From: Octopus sinensis
Lineage: Eukaryota
Direction of reading: 5' to 3'
Length of the DNA: 14,382 nucleotides
NCBI RefSeq assembly: GCF_006345805.1
Contig: NW_021825724.1
Span: forward strand, 1-14,382
The notes under the pieces were generated by a model. It made no database searches. It saw nothing but the letters and a program-made list of their open reading frames with translations, and was not told where the DNA came from. Position numbers and translations under genes: made by a program. Each line of letters begins with the position of its first letter. Position 1 is the stretch's first letter. Shown in pieces: positions 8,545 to 14,382 of the stretch.

Positions 8545-8664
8545 CTTCTACTCTAGGCACGGACCGAATATTTTGGGGAGGTATACAAATGGTACTTAAT
8601 TTATCGACACCGAAAGGATGAAAGGCAAAGTCGACCTCGGCGTAATTTGAACTCAAAATGTAGG
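8545..8664 (-). mobile_element. Family 2 SINE, internally deleted fragment (tail type 2 to B-box)
   Basis: CTACTCTAGGCAC...TTTTGGGGAG / GGTACTTAATTTATCGAC.CCGAAAGGATGAAAGGCAAAGTCGACCTCGGCG.AATTTGAACTCA. Confidence 0.85.
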
Positions 8665-8733
8665 TAGGTATGTAGGTAGACAGAGATAAAGATAGATAAA
8701 TAGATATAAAGATTGTTAATTAAATGTGTGCAT

Positions 8734-9110
8734 AAGGCGGCCAAAATGCAGAATCGTTAGCACGCCAGGTGAAATGCTTAGAGGTATTTCGTCTGCCGCT
8801 ACGTTCTGAGTTCAAATTCCGCCGAGGTCGACTTTGCCTTTCATCCTTTCGGGGTCGATAAATTAAGTACCAGTTACGCACTGGGGTCGATGTAATCGAC
8901 TTAATACCTATGTCTGTCCTTGTTTGTCCCCTCTGTGTTTAGCCCCTTGTGGGTAGTAAAGAAATAGGTATTTCGTCTGTCTTTACGTTCTGAGTTCAAA
9001 TTTCGTCGAGGTCCTCTTTGCCTTTCATCCTTTCAGGGTGGATAAATTAAGTACCAGTTGCGTACTGGGGTCTATCTAATCGACTGGCCTTGTACCTAGA
9101 GTAGAAAAGA
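8734..9110 (+). mobile_element. Family 2 SINE dimer: full monomer (8734-8966, tail 1) fused to a headless monomer (8967-9110, tail 2)
   Basis: GTAAAGAAATA is followed directly by GGTATTTCGTCTG...GAGTTCAAATT and a second core ending GGCCTTGTACCTAGAGTAGAAAAGA. Confidence 0.88.
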
Positions 9111-9628
9111 TTATATGTATATGTGTGTTTGTGTGCAGATAAATATATAAATAGACAGATAGATAGAATGATGAATATATAGATAGGTGGAGAGCCTGAC
9201 AGGAAGACAGAGATAGCTAAAAATAGATAAGTACAGAGAAAGATCGTTAATTATGTGTACACATATGCGCGCATGTGTGTGTGGGTGTGCGTGTGCGTGT
9301 ATGTAGGTAGGTGTATAGATAGATAAACTGACAGATAGATAGACAAATATATATATATAATGGGGTGATTATAATCACAATAAGCAACAAGTATATCCAA
9401 GGTAGAGTAGTAGAATTGTTTCATGCTACTTCATTTTATTAAATACTGTAAGTATTACATCAGTTTTCAAATGTCGAGCAATCTTCAGCCACATATAGAA
9501 TTTTCCAATCAAACAGAAAATGCACATTCTTATCCCTATTTCATTTGCCAACATTATAAAGAGTAGATATGTAGACAGAGAGTTGATTTCATTCTTAAGA
9601 ACATGATAGTAGTATATTCACTCTCTGA

Positions 9629-9663
9629 ATATATATATATATATATATTATATAATATATATA

Positions 9664-9752
<89 letters not shown>

Positions 9753-9841
9753 GATATATATATAGAGAGAGAGAGAGATACATGGCTAGATAGATAGATA
9801 GATGATAGATAGATAGATAATAGATAGATAGATAGATAGAT

Positions 9842-9886
<45 letters not shown>

Positions 9887-9890
9887 AATA
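9629..9890. repeat. (TA)n-(GA)n-(TAGA)n compound microsatellite
   Basis: Directly visible. Confidence 0.97.
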
Positions 9891-10209
9891 AACAAACATC
9901 GAGATAGATAAATATTTCGTTTCTACATTTGCGTCAGAGGAAATTTGGTGGTAATGTCATCAGTTGAATAAAATCGATATTGGGTATTGGACGAGAATCA
10001 ATTTGCCAATGAAACCACTTAGACCGCTTGCATATACGTTTTTAATTATTCATTTAAATCAACCCGTAATTATTTGACCAAAATATTTCGCTACGCATCA
10101 GTGACTTTCTCAATGGCTTCTCGTTAGGTTTTCAAAAGGCGACTACTGAGCAGGTACAAAATCAACAGGATCAAGAAATGACCCCTTCCGTTACTCAATA
10201 CCCCCACCC

Positions 10210-10303
10210 CCACACACATTCGCACGTACGCACACACATACACGCTCATACACACACACAGACACGCACACACGCACATACACGCACATACACACGCGCA
10301 CAC
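10210..10303. repeat. (CA)n-rich low-complexity tract
   Basis: Directly visible CACA/CGCA repeats. Confidence 0.85.
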
Positions 10304-10306
10304 AAA

Positions 10307-10685
10307 TGGAAGCACTCCGTCGGTTACGACGATGAGGGTTCCGGTTGATCCGAATCAACGGAACAGCCTACTCGTGAAATTAACGTGTAAGTGGCTGAGC
10401 ACTCCACAGACACGTGTACTCTTAACGTAGTTCTCGGGGATATTCAGCGTGACACAGAGAGTGACAAGGCCGGCCCTTTGAAATACAGGTACAACAGAAA
10501 CAGGAAGAAAGAGTGAGAGAAAGTTGTGGCGAAAGAGTACAGCAGGGATCACCCCCCACCTGCCGGAGCCTCGTGGAGCTTTAGGTGTTTTCGCTCAATA
10601 AACACTCACAACTCCCGGTCTGGGAATCGAAACCCCGATCCTTCGACCGCGAGTCCGCTGCCCTAACCACTGGGCCATTGCGCAC
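10307..10685 (-). mobile_element. tRNA-derived SINE, family 3, apparently full length (about 380 bp)
   Basis: Minus head GCGCAATGGCCCAGTGGTTAGGGCAGCGGACTCGCGGTCGAAGGATCGGGGTTTCGATTCCC has a good A-box (TGGCCCAGTGG) and B-box (GGTTTCGATTCC). Body is homologous to 3397-3673. Confidence 0.9.
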
Positions 10686-10744
10686 ACAAATAACGCTCTA
10701 CGAAGCTGAAGGGCATCGAGGTTTTCGTCTCCCTCTTATATTCT

Positions 10745-10958
10745 TTGACTCTTTGACTCGTTTCAGTCATTTTGACTGCGGCCATGCTGGAGCACCGCCT
10801 TTTTAGTCGAGAAAATCGACTCCAGGACTTATTCTTTGTAAGCCTAGTACTTATTCTATCGGTCTTTCTTTTGACGAACCGCTAGGTTACGGAGACGTAA
10901 ATACACCAGCATCGGTTGTCAAGTGATGTTGGGGGGACAAACGCAGACACACAAACAT

Positions 10959-11028
<70 letters not shown>

Positions 11029-11193
11029 ACGACGGGCTTCTTTCAGTTTCTGTCTACCAAATCCACTCACAAGGCATTGGGCAGCCCAAGGCTATAGTAG
11101 AAGACACTTGCCCAAGGTGTCACGCAGAGGTACTGAACCCGGAACCATGTGGTTGGTAAGCAAGCTACTTACCACACAGCCACTCATGCGCCT
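10745..11193 (-). mobile_element. Family 1 SINE, full length
   Basis: Colinear with 3736-4137, with an expanded internal (TACA)/(TA) spacer. Confidence 0.9.
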
Positions 11194-11217
11194 ATAATGT
11201 ATATATGTATATATATA

Positions 11218-11616
11218 CTCTTTTACTCTTTTACTTGTTTCAGTCATTTGACTGCGGCCATGCTGGAGCACCGCCTTTAGTCGATCAAATCGACCCCGGG
11301 ACTTATTCTTTGTAAGCCCAGTACTTATTTTATCGGTCTCTTTTCCGAACCACTAAGTGACGGGGACGTAAACACACCAGCATAGGGGGACAAACAGAGA
11401 CACACAACCCCCCCCCACCACACACACACATATATATATATATACATAAATAAGACAGGCTTCTTTCAGTTTCCGTCTACGAGATCCACTCACAAGGCAT
11501 TGGTCGGCCCGGGGCTATAGCAGAAGACACTTGCCCAAGGTGCCACGCAGTGGGACTGAACCCGGAACCATGTGGTTGGTAAGCAAGCTACTTACCACAC
11601 AGCCACTCCTGCGCCT
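11218..11616 (-). mobile_element. Family 1 SINE, full length with a small internal deletion
   Basis: Colinear with the adjacent copy; lacks about 17 nt after CACCAGCAT; intact head AGGCGCAGGAGTGGCTGTGTGGTAAG. Confidence 0.9.
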
Positions 11617-11714
11617 ATATATATATATAAGATTTTTTTAACACAGTACGTCAATAAAAGATGTTATCCTTGGACAAATACCAGAGTAAATTCGCTGTCG
11701 AATGGTAAACACGA

Positions 11715-11918
11715 TGGTTGATAGAGTCATGAGCACACACAGCAACATGCTTAGCGGCATATAATCGTCTTTACGTTCTGAGTTCAAATTCCGCTGAGGT
11801 CGACTTTGCTTTCAAACCCCCCAGTGTCGACAAAATAAGTACCAGTTGAGTATTAGGATCGATGTAATTGGCGCGAACCCTTCTCCAATATTGCTGGCCT
11901 TGTGCTAAAAAATTGAAA
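11715..11918 (+). mobile_element. Diverged family 2-related SINE
   Basis: ATGCTTAGCGGCAT..CGTCTTTACGTTCTGAGTTCAAATTCCGCTGAGGTCGACTTTGC...AAGTACCAGTTGAG...GCTGGCCTTGTGC. Confidence 0.8.
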
Positions 11919-11940
11919 TTGTCATTTATAAATTTGCTAA

Positions 11941-12118
11941 CATGGCGAGCGCTGGCAAAATGATAAGCGGCCTTTCGTCCGTCGTTAATTTCTTTGTTCA
12001 AATTCTGCTGACGTCGACTTTGCCTTTCAGCCTATCAGGGTCGATAAATTAAGTACCAGTGAAACACTGGGGTCGATGAAATCGACTCATCCCCTCCCCA
12101 AAACGGCTTCCTTGTAGC
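11941..12118 (+). mobile_element. Diverged family 2-related SINE with a shortened head
   Basis: GTTCAAATTCTGCTGACGTCGACTTTGCCTTTCA...GGTCGATAAATTAAGTACCAGTGAAACACTGGGGTCGATGAAATCGACTCATCCCCTCCCC. Confidence 0.8.
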
Positions 12119-12120
12119 AC

Positions 12121-12151
<31 letters not shown>

Positions 12152-12648
12152 GAGTGAGAGAGCAGTTCATGCCATCAAAGTGACACTGGGGTAAAATATA
12201 CGAAGCCCAATATACCCGTCATGACTACCCGTCTGATAAGGGTACACTAGGCACATGCATCACAACCATATGTGCACGACATAGTGATCTCATATCAAGA
12301 TAAACAGCGCATGACCTTGCAGGTGGGGCCCAGTTAGAATTTTCTTCTGGTCGAGTAACCCATCCCGCTCGCTCAAAAGGTCCCTGAATAAGAGTTGTTT
12401 AAAGATGTTGAACGAACCACCCATGTTTCCAAAGGTGAATTATCCAAACCTCTAAGAATCCCTCTCAACACATGGCTATGATGCTCCCCCACTACTTCTG
12501 CTCGTGATCAGAGATGCACATATCGTCAACCACGAAGGGACATGGTCAACTGGTTAAGGTCAAACAACTGACAAGCAAATCTGTGGTATTGAGCAGAATA
12601 TTTGCTGTAGCCGATCTTTTATACCAAGACAAAACAATGTACATGATA
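12152..12648. mobile_element. Unclassified ~500-bp non-coding element bracketed by (ATT)10 and (TAA)n
   Basis: Complex, higher-GC sequence with sharp borders at microsatellites on both sides and no recognisable ORF. It resembles an interspersed octopus repeat from memory (unverified); orientation is uncertain. Confidence 0.5.
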
Positions 12649-12650
12649 AT

Positions 12651-12707
<57 letters not shown>

Positions 12708-13366
12708 TGCAGAATATGTGGAGATGGACAAGAAACAATAAATCATATTATCTCTAGCTGCCCAGTCCTGGCTAAGAAGGAATATATTCACAGACATGAC
12801 AGAGTTGGAACCTACATACATTGGAAGCTATGCCAACATTATGGAATAACAACAAAAAAGATGGTATAGACCACAACACCAGGAAAGGTCACAGAAAACG
12901 AGAAAGCAACCATACTCTGGGATACCGATACACACAGATAGAGAAATTAAGGCCAACAGACCAGATATAGTTGTCAGAGATCATGAGAAAAAAAATGCTT
13001 TCTATTGATGTATCAATACCGGCAGATGACAACGTGTCTCTAAAAGAAATGGAGAAACTCTCAAAATACAAAGACCTGGAAATAGAGGTAACTAGAATGT
13101 GGAACCTGAAAACAGAAACAATTCCTATCATAGTAGGTGCATTAGGCATGAAAGAAAAATATTCAGACAATACATAACAAAAACACCAGGACTTACAAAC
13201 ACATATAACATACAGAAAATTGCACTACTAGGCACTGCACACATCCTACGCAGAACACTTTCCATACAATAACCATCAGAGCATCACAACAAATCACAGC
13301 ACATACCCAAGGCACACAGAGCTGCGCTCGGTAGTGAAGTGAAGGCACGCTATAAAAATAAAACTA

Positions 13367-13369
<3 letters not shown>
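12708..13369 (+). mobile_element. 5'-truncated R4/Dong-clade non-LTR retrotransposon (CCHC knuckle, restriction-like endonuclease, 3' UTR) in a (TAA)n array
   Basis: CRICGDGQETINHIISSCPVLAKKEYIHRHDRVGTYIHWKLCQHYGI (CCHC plus RHD), KVTENEKATILWD, IHTDREIKANRPDIVVRD, IDVSIPADDNVSLKEMEKLSKYKDLEIEVTRMW (PD..D..K), IIVGALG, LLGTAHILRRTLSIQ* (stop at 13270-13272). Several frameshifts. (TAA)n at 12652-12707 and 13370-13446. Confidence 0.9.
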
Positions 13370-13448
<79 letters not shown>

Positions 13449-14001
13449 GGCGTACTGGCACAATGCCCTCTTCTCTCGACCGAACTACTTCCCCCGCTTT
13501 TTTTCTTGTTGTTTTCTAAGGGTATTGAGCCATCCAAGTCTTTTTTCACTGCTTTCGAGGTTTTCTTTACTTTTTGTAAAATACCAAGTGGTTCGGCCAT
13601 TGAAAGGTCTTCTTAGAGTCAAGTTTGAGTCATTAGTATGTTCTGAGTTTCGTCATTTATTCAGTTCTGACCCAAACTGCATGGATTTTAGTGACGAAAA
13701 TATTTGTATGTAGCCCAACCCCAACGCAATTAACTTTGAATCAAAATACCTCAGCTATTGTAAAAGAAAACTACACATATAAAAAACATATTAAAAATAA
13801 AAAAATTACTCATTAAAAAACTAATGTTTATTTAATTAGTATATAACATTATTTTGTAATTCGTAACTGATAGACTACAATATTCCTTGGTTATTTATTT
13901 GCGAAAAAATTTCGAAGTTTGAGCAAAATCTGTATGTAAAAAAATATTTAAAATAGAATCATTTTTTTCAATTATGAACCTAAATGTAATTAATCGTGAT
14001 A

Positions 14002-14349
14002 GTACTTAAAATTAGATGGCCCGAACACAAGCAATATGGAGCTATGGCAAAGAACAAATGAAGTTTCGATTAGGGAGAAAATATTTAAGGAAAAGTGGAA
14101 GTGGTTTGGTAGCACAATTAGAAAAGACACAGCAAATGTAGCGAAAAGTGCTTTAAAGTGGAAACCGGTTGGATATAGAAAGAAAGGTAGGTACAAGAAC
14201 TCGTGGCGGAGATCAACTCAGAAGGAATTAGAGAAAGGGGGACATTCATGGCAGAGTATAAATACAGAAGCGAAAACTTATGCGACATGGAATTCAACTA
14301 TAAGTGGCTTATATTCCACGGTGGATGGTTAATAGCTTAAAGAAATAAG
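14002..14349 (+). pseudogene. RTE-clade LINE, C-terminal ORF fragment and short 3' end
   Basis: VLKIRWPEH / frameshift / SNMELWQRTNEVSIREKIFKEKWKWFGSTIRKDTANVAKSALKWKPVGYRKKGRYKNSWRRST matches the RTE C-terminal pattern I.WP..ISN.ELW.RT....I...I..RKW.W.GH..RK.......AL.W.P.G.RK.GRP...WRR. Stop at 14330-14332. Confidence 0.85.
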
Positions 14350-14382
14350 TACAAGCGCTGCCTCGAAGGAAGTGGACTGGAA

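Noticed and set aside
9468-9490. Minus-strand CTGAAGA-TTGCT-CGACAT, like a decayed Penelope-type minimal hammerhead
   Set aside because: GAAA is absent and there is no stem I; no Penelope ORF nearby.
10075-10108. Minus-strand CTGATGC-GTAGC-GAAAT, a minimal hammerhead-like core
   Set aside because: A9 is C, stem III does not pair convincingly, and no downstream sequence complements the upstream AGTCA for stem I.
10615-10685. tRNA-like sequence with A- and B-boxes
   Set aside because: It is the head of a family 3 SINE, continuous with the SINE body and without a proper acceptor stem; not a tRNA gene.
13364-13713. Short ORFs on both strands (MAEPLGILQK...; MSHPSLF...)
   Set aside because: No homology recognised, upstream stops in all minus frames, and the minus ORF runs out into the TAA array.
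7808-14002. Idea that the two RTE fragments are ends of one disrupted element
   Set aside because: Same strand and correct order, but no RT-domain remnant is visible between them and nothing shows they belong to the same subfamily.

Overview
AT-rich, repeat-saturated animal genomic DNA with no recognisable intact host gene. The SINE repertoire and microsatellite load look like an octopus (coleoid cephalopod) genome; this is inferred from sequence recognition, not from a search. Most listed ORFs are translations of microsatellites. Supported content: long (GAT)n, (TA)n, (TAA)n and (TCTA)n arrays; about 20 copies or fragments of four SINE-like families; a complete 286-bp non-autonomous Helitron; a decayed Merlin/IS1595-type transposase fragment; two decayed RTE-clade LINE fragments; and a 5'-truncated R4/Dong-type LINE sitting in a (TAA)n array. 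The standout is 6857-7241, a 385-bp non-coding insertion made of a 365-bp unit plus a 20-bp terminal redundancy and flanked by an exact 10-bp target-site duplication (TCAAGATTGG). It splits an RTE ORF, is extensively self-complementary, and carries a type I hammerhead ribozyme fold on the minus strand. This is the architecture expected of a retrotransposed circular-RNA retrozyme.
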